A stretch of 64,000 nt of DNA from Patescibacteria group bacterium. Lineage in GTDB: Bacteria > Patescibacteriota > Patescibacteriia > UBA2591 > UBA6264. Position numbers and translations under genes: made by a program. Under the pieces are notes generated by a model. That model made no database searches and was not told the origin of the DNA. It saw nothing but the letters and a program-made list of their open reading frames with translations. Numbering within the stretch: the first letter of the stretch is position 1; the number at the start of each line of letters is the position of its first letter. Shown in pieces: positions 29,467-39,090 of this stretch. Location of the stretch: NCBI GenBank assembly GCA_016784145.1, contig JADHVF010000002.1, positions 9,102-73,101 of the forward strand. The letters are read 5' to 3'.

Positions 29467-29895
29467 ATGCAATTTTTAGTTCCACAATTTATTGATGTTG
29501 AACCAAAAATCATTGGGCCAATTTCGCCTCGTCAGTTCGTTGTTTTCATTGTTACTTTATTATTATGTGTGTTAGCATATAAGTTAGCTGATTTTGCTTT
29601 ATTCACAATTGAAGCAATTATTTTTGTGGCAGTAGGGGGGTCATTTATGTTTCTTAAGGTTAATGGCCAACCATTGCATTATTTTTTACTTAATATTGGG
29701 AATAGTTTCAAAAAGCCAAACTTAAGGGTGTGGAAAAAACAAACCAAGATGCCAGTTGAAATAAAAGTAAAAGAAAAGAAAAAAGACAAAGGACCAATTG
29801 TTGTCAGAAAGTCACTTCCTTCAACTCGGCTTTCACAAATTTCATTAATGGTTGATACAGGAGGCAAATACAATGAAGAGGATTTTGAAGAATAA
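29467..29895 (+). CDS. PrgI family (VirB3-like) protein
   Basis: MQFLVPQFIDVEPKIIGPISPRQF start, two TM helices, KVNGQPL. Confidence 0.88.
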   Translation: MQFLVPQFIDVEPKIIGPISPRQFVVFIVTLLLCVLAYKLADFALFTIEAIIFVAVGGSFMFLKVNGQPLHYFLLNIGNSFKKPNLRVWKKQTKMPVEIKVKEKKKDKGPIVVRKSLPSTRLSQISLMVDTGGKYNEEDFEE

Positions 29896-29908
29896 ATAAT
29901 AAAATAAT

Positions 29909-30574
29909 ATGGCAACTAAAAGCAATGTATCTTCTACTCAAAAATATTTAGACATTTCTGAAATTAGAAATGATTGTGTGATTTTGAAAAATGGATCATT
30001 ATGTTCTGTTATTTTGTCATCTTCAATTAATTTTGGGCTTAAGTCATCTGACGAGCAAAAAGCAGTGATTCAAAATTATATATCATTTTTAAACACAATA
30101 GATTTCCCAATGCAAATAATTATCCAATCAAGACCTTTTAATATCAAACCATATCTAGCTGAATTGGAAAGTCTTAGAAAAAAACACACAAATGAATTGT
30201 TAAAAATTCAAATGGCAGATTATGCTAGTTTTGTGAAAGAATTGGTTGTTTTAGGAGAGATAATGAGTAGAAAGTTTTATATTGTTCTTTTGTATAATCC
30301 AGCTGGTGATAAAAAAATTGGATTTTTTGCTAGGATTTCAGAGCTTTTTAGTGCAGCTAGAACAGTTAAAATGAATAGAATAAAAATTGAAAAATATAAA
30401 GAAAAGCTTTTCAGAAGAGTTGATATTGTTACCTCGGCTCTTTCTTCTATGGGAGTAAGTGGAGTGCCGCTTGATACACAAAGTTTAATAGAACTTTTTT
30501 ATAACTCATATAATCCAGCTGAATCTGAAATGCAAAAAATTACAGAAGTCAAAAAATTAAGATTAGAAGATTAA
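29909..30574 (+). CDS. TraC/VirB4 N-terminal-like stand-alone domain
   Basis: STQKYLDISEIRND, SINFGLKSSDEQ and FLNTIDFPMQIIIQSR segments; lies between prgI and the ATPase. Confidence 0.75.
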   Translation: MATKSNVSSTQKYLDISEIRNDCVILKNGSLCSVILSSSINFGLKSSDEQKAVIQNYISFLNTIDFPMQIIIQSRPFNIKPYLAELESLRKKHTNELLKIQMADYASFVKELVVLGEIMSRKFYIVLLYNPAGDKKIGFFARISELFSAARTVKMNRIKIEKYKEKLFRRVDIVTSALSSMGVSGVPLDTQSLIELFYNSYNPAESEMQKITEVKKLRLED

Positions 30575-30587
30575 AATAAATTTTATT

Positions 30588-32504
30588 ATGGTTTTTGACC
30601 CATCAATTATTAAAACAAAAGAAGAATTAGCAGAGCAACCAAAACAGTTGTCTAAAAAAGAACAGAAGCAAGTTGATATTAAAAAAGAGATAGAATTAGA
30701 TGATGTCATAAAGACAGAGCAAGCATATCGCAAAGGACTTGTCTCTGTTCGTGATTTGATTGCTCCTTCTGCTTTGAGAGCAACTCCAGCCTATCTACAG
30801 TTGGGAAACAAATATCTCAGAACACTTTTTGTAGTTGCCTTCCCAAGATATATTACAGTTGGTTGGTTTTCTCCTTTAATTGGCTTTGATTCTTCTTTGG
30901 ATGTATCAATGTTTTTTTATCCGGTTGAAACAAAAGTGATTTTAAAACAATTACAAAAAAAAGTTGGTAATATAGAAGCAGAGCTTGGAGCAGAATACGA
31001 GAAAGGTATGCCAAGAGACCCTTTAAAGGAAACAGCTTTGAGAGATATTGAGAATTTAAGAAATCAATTAACTACTGGTACAGAGCATTTTTTTCAATTT
31101 TCTTTATATGTAACTATTTATGCTGACACGGAAAAAGAGTTGGATGAGACAACAGAAAAAGTAGAGAACATTTTTGCATCAAAACTAGTTTATACTAGAA
31201 GAGCTTTTTATCAAGCAGAACAAGGATTTGATTCTACCTTGCCTTTAGCAAATGACAAAATAATGGTTTCAATAAATATTAATACCTCTCCTTGCGCTTC
31301 TAGTTTCCCTTTTATTTCAGCTGATTTAACGTCAGACAATGGCATTCTCTACGGAATTAATAGACATAACAATAGTTTGATTCTTTTTGATAGATTTTCA
31401 ATGCCTAATGCTAATTTTATGGTTTTTGCTACCTCTGGCTCGGGTAAAAGTTATTTTGCTAAATTAGAAGTTTTGCGGTCATTAATGATGGGCACGGATG
31501 TTATTATTATTGACCCTGAAAAAGAGTACAAGCATTTATCTGACGCTGTAGGGGGAACGTTTATTAACATCTCGCTTGCTTCTGAAGCCAAGATTAATCC
31601 ATTTGATTTGCCCAGGTCAAGTTCAAAAGATGTAAAAACAAGCGATCTAATTAGAAGTGGAGTTATTTCAGTAAAAGGATTATTAAAGCTAATGATTGGA
31701 CAGCCAATAGGAAAGAAAGATAATGCTTTTACGCCAAAAGAGGACTCCTTGCTTGATAGTGCACTTTTAGAAACTTATGCTAAAAAAGACATTATACCAG
31801 GATGTGATTTAACAAAAGTTCAAATGCCAACCTTAAGCGATTTTCAGCAAATTTTAGAAGGAATGGAGGGAGTAGATGATTTAGTTGAAAGATTAAAAAA
31901 ATATACAGCCGGAACATTTTCAGGATTTTTAAATCGTCCTACTAATGTTGAAATGGATAACCAGTTTATAGCTTTTTCAGTTAGAGATCTTGAGGACGAA
32001 TTAAGACCAATGGCTATTTATAGTATTGTGAATTATATTTGGAATACTGTGCGAGCAAAATTAAAGAAAAGAATTTTATTGGTTGACGAGGCTTGGTGGT
32101 TAATGCAAAATGAAGAGTCTGCAAAATTTATATTTGCTCTTGTTAAACGTTGCCGAAAATATTATATGGGAGTAACAACAATTACACAGGATGTAAATGA
32201 CTTTCTTAACTCTCCTTATGGCAGGGCAATTGTCACTAACTCAGCCATGCAATTATTATTAAAACAGTCGCCAGCTTCGGTTGACAGGGTATCAAAGATA
32301 TTTATGCTGACAGAAGGAGAAAAATTTTTATTATTAGAATGTGGGCTGGGTGAAGGCATATTCTTTGCTGGACCCAAACACGCGGCCATAAAAGTAGTTG
32401 CTTCTTATTCAGAAGACCAATTAATAACATCAGACCCCAGTCAGTTATTAGAAATTGAAGAATCTAAAAAAGAGTTTGCTAAAGAATCTAAAAAAGAAGA
32501 ATAA
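30588..32504 (+). CDS. VirB4/TraC-family T4SS ATPase
   Basis: Walker A ATSGSGKS, IIDPEKEY, INPFD, Walker B ILLVDEAW, RKY..TITQ. Confidence 0.92.
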   Translation: MVFDPSIIKTKEELAEQPKQLSKKEQKQVDIKKEIELDDVIKTEQAYRKGLVSVRDLIAPSALRATPAYLQLGNKYLRTLFVVAFPRYITVGWFSPLIGFDSSLDVSMFFYPVETKVILKQLQKKVGNIEAELGAEYEKGMPRDPLKETALRDIENLRNQLTTGTEHFFQFSLYVTIYADTEKELDETTEKVENIFASKLVYTRRAFYQAEQGFDSTLPLANDKIMVSININTSPCASSFPFISADLTSDNGILYGINRHNNSLILFDRFSMPNANFMVFATSGSGKSYFAKLEVLRSLMMGTDVIIIDPEKEYKHLSDAVGGTFINISLASEAKINPFDLPRSSSKDVKTSDLIRSGVISVKGLLKLMIGQPIGKKDNAFTPKEDSLLDSALLETYAKKDIIPGCDLTKVQMPTLSDFQQILEGMEGVDDLVERLKKYTAGTFSGFLNRPTNVEMDNQFIAFSVRDLEDELRPMAIYSIVNYIWNTVRAKLKKRILLVDEAWWLMQNEESAKFIFALVKRCRKYYMGVTTITQDVNDFLNSPYGRAIVTNSAMQLLLKQSPASVDRVSKIFMLTEGEKFLLLECGLGEGIFFAGPKHAAIKVVASYSEDQLITSDPSQLLEIEESKKEFAKESKKEE

Positions 32505-32512
32505 AATTATTT

Positions 32513-33052
32513 ATGAAAAAAAATATTATTGTAATTATTTTAATAATCATTTTAATTATAGTTGGAATTATTTTTATGTTTGCCAGCCAAAATGAACAAG
32601 ATATTCCTACTGATGACAAAATATTAAAGCAACAAGATATTGAGAAGCAAGAGCAAGAAAAAGCAAAGGCAGCTCAAATTAAAATTATTAAAACAGATTT
32701 AAAAAATCAAGCCAGAGCATTTGTTCAATACATGGGTACTTATTCAAAAGAAAATGCTTATCAAAACAGAGAAGAGTTATTAAATCAAATGACTGATAGT
32801 TTTATAAAAAAATCATTAGAACAAATTGAACAAAACATAAATCAACCAGATTTTGCTTCTTTGTTGACTAGTGTTTTGTCAGTTGAAGCAAGAAGACATA
32901 ATAATGAAGTGGCTGTTTATTCTGTTAATGTTAAACAAACAAGAGTTTTTGCTAGTGTGGTTGAGGATGAGATTGAGTATAAAACAGGTGAAATTCTTTG
33001 GCTAAAACAAGCTGACAAATGGAAAGTTAATAGTATTGATTTTGATTTATAG
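32513..33052 (+). CDS. Single-TM protein, possible VirB8/TcpC-like NTF2 domain
   Basis: N-terminal TM helix; ARAFVQYMGTYS helix; C-terminal ..WLKQADKWKV strand pattern typical of NTF2-like folds; follows virB4. Confidence 0.55.
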   Translation: MKKNIIVIILIIILIIVGIIFMFASQNEQDIPTDDKILKQQDIEKQEQEKAKAAQIKIIKTDLKNQARAFVQYMGTYSKENAYQNREELLNQMTDSFIKKSLEQIEQNINQPDFASLLTSVLSVEARRHNNEVAVYSVNVKQTRVFASVVEDEIEYKTGEILWLKQADKWKVNSIDFDL

Positions 33053-33068
33053 CTTTTAATCATTTTTT

Positions 33069-33509
33069 ATGGGAGAGCAAACAATACAGCAAAGAGAATT
33101 GGAGAGAAAAAGAGAACTTTTATTACAACAGCAAAGACAGCGAATAATTCAATCAAAAAAAAAGAAAGATTCTCAGAATACTAAACAAACAGAAGAAAAA
33201 ATCAAAAAATTAAGAAGAGTTTATAGGATGTCAAATGCAAGTTCAGCAGCGAGTGTATTTGGAATTATTATCACCTTTTTAATAATGAATGCTCAGTTAA
33301 TTTTTGGAAATATACTTGGATTCAAGAAAATTCCTAAATTAACTTTACCAGAAATAGCAATTCTTATTTTAATAGATTTTTTAGTACTTATAATTACTTT
33401 GTTTATTGTTTTGCTTTTAGTCCTTGCAGCCATGCCATTAATTGGACCAGTGGCAGCAGTAAATATATTTGGAACAGAAATTGTAAGTTTTATTCAATCA
33501 ATGTTTTGA
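33069..33509 (+). CDS. Hypothetical membrane protein (N-terminal coiled coil, 2 TM helices)
   Basis: ORF within the operon; hydrophobic C-terminal half. Confidence 0.65.
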   Translation: MGEQTIQQRELERKRELLLQQQRQRIIQSKKKKDSQNTKQTEEKIKKLRRVYRMSNASSAASVFGIIITFLIMNAQLIFGNILGFKKIPKLTLPEIAILILIDFLVLIITLFIVLLLVLAAMPLIGPVAAVNIFGTEIVSFIQSMF

Positions 33510-33516
33510 TTTATAA

Positions 33517-34920
33517 ATGAAAATAAAAAATTTAAATAAATTATTTAGTGTTTTAATAGTAGTGTTTTTGCTGACTTGTTTTTTAAGTATGCCGGTTTTT
33601 GCTCAAGAAAATGGAAACGAATACGAATCTCCAGCTTTTTATCCACAAGTTCAAATCCCTAATCCTAATTCAGATTTTATTCCAGGACAGGCAACTATAA
33701 TCAGTGGTAGCACTTTTGCAACATATATTATTGCAATTTACAATTGGGGATTAAGAGCTGTTTTAACCTTGGCTATTATTGTGATTATTGTTTCAGGATT
33801 TCAATGGATGGTTTCTACTGGCAATGCTAGTAAAATCGGTCAGGCAAAAGAAAGAATTATTTCTGCTTTGATTGGAGTAATGATTGCCCTTGGGTCATTT
33901 TTTCTGCTTAATTTTATTAATCCTTCTTTAACAAGATTTAGAGATCTAAATGTTGCACCAGTAGTGGATTTAGCAGAGATTAGTAATAAAAAATGTGGAG
34001 AAAATGGTATTTGTATTTATGGAGAGATTAGAGAAAATGAGGATAAAAGCATAGGGCAGTGCGAGTGCAAAACAGAAATGAGGGTGCAGTATAAATACAA
34101 AGATGAAGATGGGGATGAAGATGAAGAGGAGGAAAATTTTCAAGCTAAAAAATATTATGATTGTGGAAAAATGTATTATGAACCCAGAACACATATTGGG
34201 GCTGATTGCGGAGAGAATAACCCAAAACAAACTTGTATGTTAAAGGTAGGGTTTGAAACAGGTGGCAATAATAATTATTATCCGTATGGAAACAATGAAT
34301 GGGCTATTAATTTTTTCACTTCTCCTGAAGATTTTGCTATGTGGCCAGATGATACCAGGGATTGTATAGATGCAAGTCAACCACCCCCACCTGATTGCCC
34401 TGATGAAACAGCAATATATGAGATAGATGATTTCCGTTGTTTTAATATTACATCAAGCCCAGATCCGTATTGCGAAGATCATGTAATTTCTTTAACAAGT
34501 CAAATACAAGATCTTGTGTTGAAAGAATCAGAAATTACTAAAATAGAAATATATTTAGCTGTTGATGACGCATATGAGCAAGGTTGCCCCATGAATAATA
34601 TGGACGAAAAAGACTGGAAAACACTAAAGAATAGCAATCATTGGACTGATTATTTAGGAAATAATCATAATGATGTTGGCACAGAATTTAGTTGCATAAA
34701 TCCAGGAGACGACAGTGGTAATGATGCCGTAATAAGAGTAAGAGCTTGTTTTGGAATTGATGATGATTATTGCAAGAATACATCTAATCAGGATTATAAC
34801 CCAAATCCTAATGATATTTTTAAAGATTTTAAAATTATAATAGCAGATGACAGTAGTGGGGGAGCAACTTCTTACTATGGTCAAATAAAAGTTTATACAA
34901 ATCGTGTTTGTTCACAATAA
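33517..34920 (+). CDS. VirB2/TrbC-type pilin domain fused to a Cys-rich acidic C-terminal domain
   Basis: Signal peptide, then the pilin hairpin YIIAIYNW...SGFQWMVSTGNASKIGQAKERIISALIG...FINP, then ~320 aa rich in Cys, Asp and Asn. Confidence 0.78.
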   Translation: MKIKNLNKLFSVLIVVFLLTCFLSMPVFAQENGNEYESPAFYPQVQIPNPNSDFIPGQATIISGSTFATYIIAIYNWGLRAVLTLAIIVIIVSGFQWMVSTGNASKIGQAKERIISALIGVMIALGSFFLLNFINPSLTRFRDLNVAPVVDLAEISNKKCGENGICIYGEIRENEDKSIGQCECKTEMRVQYKYKDEDGDEDEEEENFQAKKYYDCGKMYYEPRTHIGADCGENNPKQTCMLKVGFETGGNNNYYPYGNNEWAINFFTSPEDFAMWPDDTRDCIDASQPPPPDCPDETAIYEIDDFRCFNITSSPDPYCEDHVISLTSQIQDLVLKESEITKIEIYLAVDDAYEQGCPMNNMDEKDWKTLKNSNHWTDYLGNNHNDVGTEFSCINPGDDSGNDAVIRVRACFGIDDDYCKNTSNQDYNPNPNDIFKDFKIIIADDSSGGATSYYGQIKVYTNRVCSQ

Positions 34921-34926
34921 ATAAAT

Positions 34927-36219
34927 ATGTCAGAAAAAACCAAGAAAATATTATTAGTAATTTTATTCATTTTAGTCGTAATTGGTATGGCTTGGCTTTT
35001 ATATTCTGTGTTTTTTAAAAAACCAGTTGTATTGGTTGCCCCAGATATTGTTGAAGAACTACCTGAACAAGTAAGGTTGCCTGTTACTCAAGATGATTGG
35101 GAAGCAATGACAGTAGAACAAAGAGTTACTAATGGTTTGCCAAAATTTGAGTGGCTAGATAAAGAGATTTCTAAAATTCCAGCTATTCCTGTTACTAGGA
35201 AGGTTGCTCCTAAAATTGATGAAATAGCTAAAGGGGGGAAAACATGGGTTTCCCCGGTTTCAATTGATAAAGTAAAATGGCCCACTTTAGCAAAGGATGG
35301 GTTAAATAGTATTTATTATAATCCTGAGACAGGTCAATTTTTTGAAGTTGATATTTATGGGAACAAAACATTAATGACAGACCAGGTCTTTTATAATGTT
35401 GATAATGTTAATTGGGCCCCCACTAAAGAAAGGGCTATTATTGAATATCCAGACGGTTTTAAGGTAATGTATGATTTTAAAAAGAAAAAACAATATACTT
35501 TGCCAAAAAATTGGGAAGATTTTTCATGGGATATTGGGGCTGACAAAATTGCTTTCAAATCAATTAGTAAATATGCAGAAAATACTTGGTTAGCTATTGC
35601 CAGGCCAGATGGAAGCAAGGCAAAGCCAATTGAACACATGGGAGAAAACGCAGATAAAGTTACTGTTTCTTGGTCTCCTAATAATCAAGTAGTGGCTTTT
35701 TCATCTACTGGTGACCCAAGAGGAATGTGGGAACAAGAAATGTTATTAATTGGTCAGCATGGCGAAAATTTTAAATCATTAGTTATTGACGGCAGGAGAT
35801 TTGAACCAAAATGGGCGCCAAATGGAAGCAAAATTGTTTATAGTGTTTACAGTTCAGAGTTTGATTACAAGCCAAGGTTATATGTTGTTGATGCCCAAGG
35901 AGATGATATAGGTAGAAATAAAATAAGCACAGGACTAGAAACATGGGCTCATAAATGCACTTTTAATTCTAATGGGGCTGAACTTTATTGTGCTGTGCCA
36001 AAAACATTGCCAGATGGAGCTGGTATGATTGAAGAATTAGGAGAAGGATCTAGAGATAATTTTTACAAAATAAATGTTTCTACCGGGGAGGTTTCTTTTT
36101 TAGCAGAAGGGGCTATGGGGGGCTATGATGTCAAGGATATTTATGTGTCTAATGATGATAAATATCTTTATTTTGTTGACGAAAATAGTAGTAGGTTAAG
36201 ATATATTAAGTTAAAATAA
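34927..36219 (+). CDS. Membrane-anchored beta-propeller (TolB/PD40-like) protein
   Basis: N-terminal TM helix; repeated blade motifs WAPTK, FSWD, SWSPNN, WAPNGSKIVY and VSNDDKYLYF. Confidence 0.75.
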   Translation: MSEKTKKILLVILFILVVIGMAWLLYSVFFKKPVVLVAPDIVEELPEQVRLPVTQDDWEAMTVEQRVTNGLPKFEWLDKEISKIPAIPVTRKVAPKIDEIAKGGKTWVSPVSIDKVKWPTLAKDGLNSIYYNPETGQFFEVDIYGNKTLMTDQVFYNVDNVNWAPTKERAIIEYPDGFKVMYDFKKKKQYTLPKNWEDFSWDIGADKIAFKSISKYAENTWLAIARPDGSKAKPIEHMGENADKVTVSWSPNNQVVAFSSTGDPRGMWEQEMLLIGQHGENFKSLVIDGRRFEPKWAPNGSKIVYSVYSSEFDYKPRLYVVDAQGDDIGRNKISTGLETWAHKCTFNSNGAELYCAVPKTLPDGAGMIEELGEGSRDNFYKINVSTGEVSFLAEGAMGGYDVKDIYVSNDDKYLYFVDENSSRLRYIKLK

Positions 36220-36240
36220 AATTAGTAGTATTATTAATTA

Positions 36241-36279
36241 TATAAAAAAGCCCTGTTAAGAAAACAGAGGTTTTTTATA
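36241..36279. terminator. Bidirectional intrinsic terminator closing the T4SS-like operon and recG
   Basis: TATAAAAAAGCCCTGTT-AAGAA-AACAGAGGTTTTTTATA inverted repeat between convergent genes. Confidence 0.75.
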
Positions 36280-36313
36280 AAATAATTATTAATCATTAAT
36301 TCGGGAGATGCAT

Positions 36314-38383
36314 TTATTCTAAGTGGGTTGACATAATACTTGCTTGAATTTTTTTCTTGATCAAGGGATATTTTTCAAGGCGAGGACTTTGATAAAATAG
36401 TTGTTTTGCTATTTTTTTTGTTAGGGCTATTATTTTTACATCTGTTAGTTTGGCTATTTTTAAACTGGTAATAAATCCAGATTGTTGTGTACCAAATATT
36501 TCTCCGGGTCCACGAATTTCTAAATCTTTTTCAGCTAATTCAAATCCGTTGTTTGTAGATATTAGAGCATTTAATCTTTCAGTTGCGGTTATGGAATCTG
36601 TGTCTAGCATTAAAAAACAATATGACTGGTCTTCTCCTCTTCCAACTCTTCCCCTAAGTTGATGTAATTGAGCTAATCCAAATCGTTCAGCTCCATGAAT
36701 TAACATTATTGATGCGTTTTTAATATCAATGCCAACTTCAATAACAGTTGTTGAGACAAGTATATCAATCTGCTTGGCTAAAAAATCTTTAATAATTTTT
36801 TCTTTAGTAGTAGATTTTAATTTGCCGTGAAGTGCTTTGATTTTAAGGTTTGGAAATATGTTAGTTGTTAAATTGATATATTCTTGCTTAACAGACATTG
36901 CTCCCAATTTATCAGATTCATCTATTAACGGGCAAATTACAAATGCTTGTTTTTGTTTAGTAATTTCTTCTTTTATAAATTCATAAGTTTTTTTGTATTC
37001 AATTGGTTTAATTATTTTGGTGATAATTTTTTTTCTTCCTTTAGGCATTTCATCTATAATTGAAATGTCTAAGTCGCCATATAGTGTCAGGGCCACAGAC
37101 CTTGGTATTGGAGTAGCAGTCATTGAAAGAAAGTGAGGAGATACTGTTTGTTCTAATAGATGTTGACGTTGGCTTGTGCCAAATCTATGCTGTTCATCGA
37201 TGATTACTAATCCTAATTTTTTAAATTTTATAATTGGTTGAATCAAGGCATGTGTGCCAATAATTAGGTCAATGTCTAATTGGGCTAATTTTTTAATTAA
37301 TTCTATTTTAGTTATTTTCTTTTTAAAATTTGTTTTTATACTATTGCTGGTTAATAATGCTATTTTAAAAGAAAAATTTTTAAACAAATTTGAAAATGTA
37401 TTAAAGTGTTGCTCAGCTAGTATTTCAGTTGGAGCCATATAACATGTTTGTTGACTGTTTAGTATGACATTTAAGATAGCCAATCCAGCCACGACTGTTT
37501 TTCCGCTACCAACATCTCCCTCTAACAATCTATTCATTGGATTATCTTTTCCCATGTCATTGATAATCTCCCACGCAGATCTTTTTTGAGCATTTGTAAG
37601 TTTAAAAGGCAGTTCTTTTACGAATTTTTTTGTTTTAGCAAGATAAAATTTTATTTTATGTGCTTGTTTATGCTTGATATTTTGGCGTATTAAATGATTT
37701 TTGGCTTGAATTATAAATAGCTCATCAAATTTTAATCTCTTAATTGCCTTGGTCATTATTTTTTTATCGCTAGGAAAATGTATTTGTTCTAATGCAAAAG
37801 AAAGGTCAATTAAATTATTAGTAGCTCTAATATCTCTATGTAACCAGTCATTTATTTTTTGAATAACAGGAATTGTTTGTTTTATTAAAAATCTTATTTG
37901 TTTTTGAGTGATATTTGATGTTAGGGGATAGATTGGAACCAGCCTGCCAGTATGAATAGGGTTTTTGTTATCCAAAGGGGTTTCATAAGAGGGATTTATT
38001 AATTGAAACCCATGTGTTTTGTTTTTAATAATTTTTCCAGCAAAATAAACAGTTTGACCTTTGGTGAATTTTTTAGTTAGGTATGGTTGATTAAACCAGA
38101 TAATTTTAAGAGAATCAGTTTTATCAGACACCAAGGCCTCAGTAATTGACATTTTTCTATTAAAAGAAGAATGAGTGCTAATTGACTTGATAATTGCCTT
38201 GATTGTGCCTGTTTTTTTTGCTTTAATCTTGTCTATTGTAAGGACTTCGCTATAATCATCATAGCGAAAAGGGTAGTGGAATATTAAATCATCTATTGTT
38301 AATAAGTTTATCTTGGATAATTTTTTAGAGATTGCACTGCCAACACTGGTCAATTTATTAATTGGAGTTTTCAATTCAATCAT
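36314..38383 (-). CDS. recG: ATP-dependent DNA helicase RecG
   Basis: RLLEGDVGSGKT, DEQHRFG, MTATPIPR, QLRGRVGRG and DLEIRGPGE motifs. Confidence 0.97.
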   Translation of the reverse strand: MIELKTPINKLTSVGSAISKKLSKINLLTIDDLIFHYPFRYDDYSEVLTIDKIKAKKTGTIKAIIKSISTHSSFNRKMSITEALVSDKTDSLKIIWFNQPYLTKKFTKGQTVYFAGKIIKNKTHGFQLINPSYETPLDNKNPIHTGRLVPIYPLTSNITQKQIRFLIKQTIPVIQKINDWLHRDIRATNNLIDLSFALEQIHFPSDKKIMTKAIKRLKFDELFIIQAKNHLIRQNIKHKQAHKIKFYLAKTKKFVKELPFKLTNAQKRSAWEIINDMGKDNPMNRLLEGDVGSGKTVVAGLAILNVILNSQQTCYMAPTEILAEQHFNTFSNLFKNFSFKIALLTSNSIKTNFKKKITKIELIKKLAQLDIDLIIGTHALIQPIIKFKKLGLVIIDEQHRFGTSQRQHLLEQTVSPHFLSMTATPIPRSVALTLYGDLDISIIDEMPKGRKKIITKIIKPIEYKKTYEFIKEEITKQKQAFVICPLIDESDKLGAMSVKQEYINLTTNIFPNLKIKALHGKLKSTTKEKIIKDFLAKQIDILVSTTVIEVGIDIKNASIMLIHGAERFGLAQLHQLRGRVGRGEDQSYCFLMLDTDSITATERLNALISTNNGFELAEKDLEIRGPGEIFGTQQSGFITSLKIAKLTDVKIIALTKKIAKQLFYQSPRLEKYPLIKKKIQASIMSTHLE

Positions 38384-38533
38384 GTTTTTTTATTTATTTG
38401 ATATTATTGTTTTGTGAATAAAAGAGAAGCCATATCATCCTCTAATTAAAGATATAATATTATAACATAAAATCACCTTAAAATCAAACTATTAAAATCA
38501 AATTAATAATTAATTAATTTAAGTAATTATAAA

Positions 38534-38817
38534 AAAAGTGTGCAATATCGGATGTCGCACACTTCAAATAGTTACTTGGTTACTTACTTAGGGGCCTTGC
38601 CCCTAAGTAAAGTAGAAATCAATAATCAGTAATCAATAATCAACTACCTCACTGAGGGTTTTACTTAGGGGCCTTGCCCCTAAGTAAAGTAGAAATCAAT
38701 AATCAGTAATCAATAATCAACTACCTCACTGAGGGTTTTACTTAGAGGCCTTGCCCCTAAGTAGAAAATAAGCACATAAAAGTGTGCAATATCGGATGTC
38801 GCACATATGTCGCACAT
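38534..38817. repeat. Composite repeat: 28-bp direct repeats (a second palindrome type) enclosing 77-bp tandem units built from the 23-bp palindrome, heptamers and CCTCACTGAGG
   Basis: AAAAGTGTGCAATATCGGATGTCGCACA at 38534 and 38778; 23-bp palindromes at 38586, 38663 (both perfect stem) and 38740; 77-bp period. Confidence 0.92.
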
Positions 38818-38856
38818 ATTGAGGATTGCATATGAGTTGAATAAATCAATCTTATA

Positions 38857-38884
38857 TTGACTTTTTGTTTTTATTTAGTATAAT
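38857..38884 (+). promoter_or_regulatory. Sigma70-type promoter for the tRNA-Ser pair
   Basis: TTGACT-16 bp-TATAAT, 15 nt upstream of the tRNA. Confidence 0.65.
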
Positions 38885-38899
38885 CTAAAAAAGAATAAT

Positions 38900-38982
38900 G
38901 GAGAGATCGGATAATGGTATTCCACCAGTTTGCTAAACTGGCGCCTTTTTTAGGCTTGCGGGTTCGATCCCCGCTCTCTCCG
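38900..38982 (+). tRNA. tRNA-Ser(GCT), CCA not encoded
   Basis: Acceptor GGAGAGA/TCTCTCC; anticodon arm CCAGT-TTGCTAA-ACTGG; long variable arm; GGTTCGATCCC. Confidence 0.93.
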
Positions 38983-39002
38983 TTTTTAATAAAAATGGAT
39001 TT

Positions 39003-39090
39003 GGAGGGGTGCTCCGAATTGGCTAAGGAACCGGTCTTGAAAACCGGCGCCCGCAAGGGCTTATGGGTTCGAGTCCCATCCCCTCCGCCA
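39003..39090 (+). tRNA. tRNA-Ser(TGA)
   Basis: Acceptor GGAGGGG/CCCCTCC-GCCA; anticodon arm CCGGT-CTTGAAA-ACCGG; variable arm GCCC-GCAA-GGGC; GGTTCGAGTCCC. Confidence 0.95.

Noticed and set aside
13979-36219. ICE or prophage
   Set aside because: No integrase, relaxase, phage genes or att repeats seen; the locus is coupled to rsmA and similar in composition to its flanks.
38586-38762. Mini CRISPR array with 77-bp period
   Set aside because: The two 'spacers' are identical, so this is a tandem duplication.
9165-38762. The two same-orientation palindrome clusters as ends of a 29-kb mobile unit
   Set aside because: The interval contains leuS, rsmA and recG, and the repeat looks dispersed, so the bracketing is probably coincidental.
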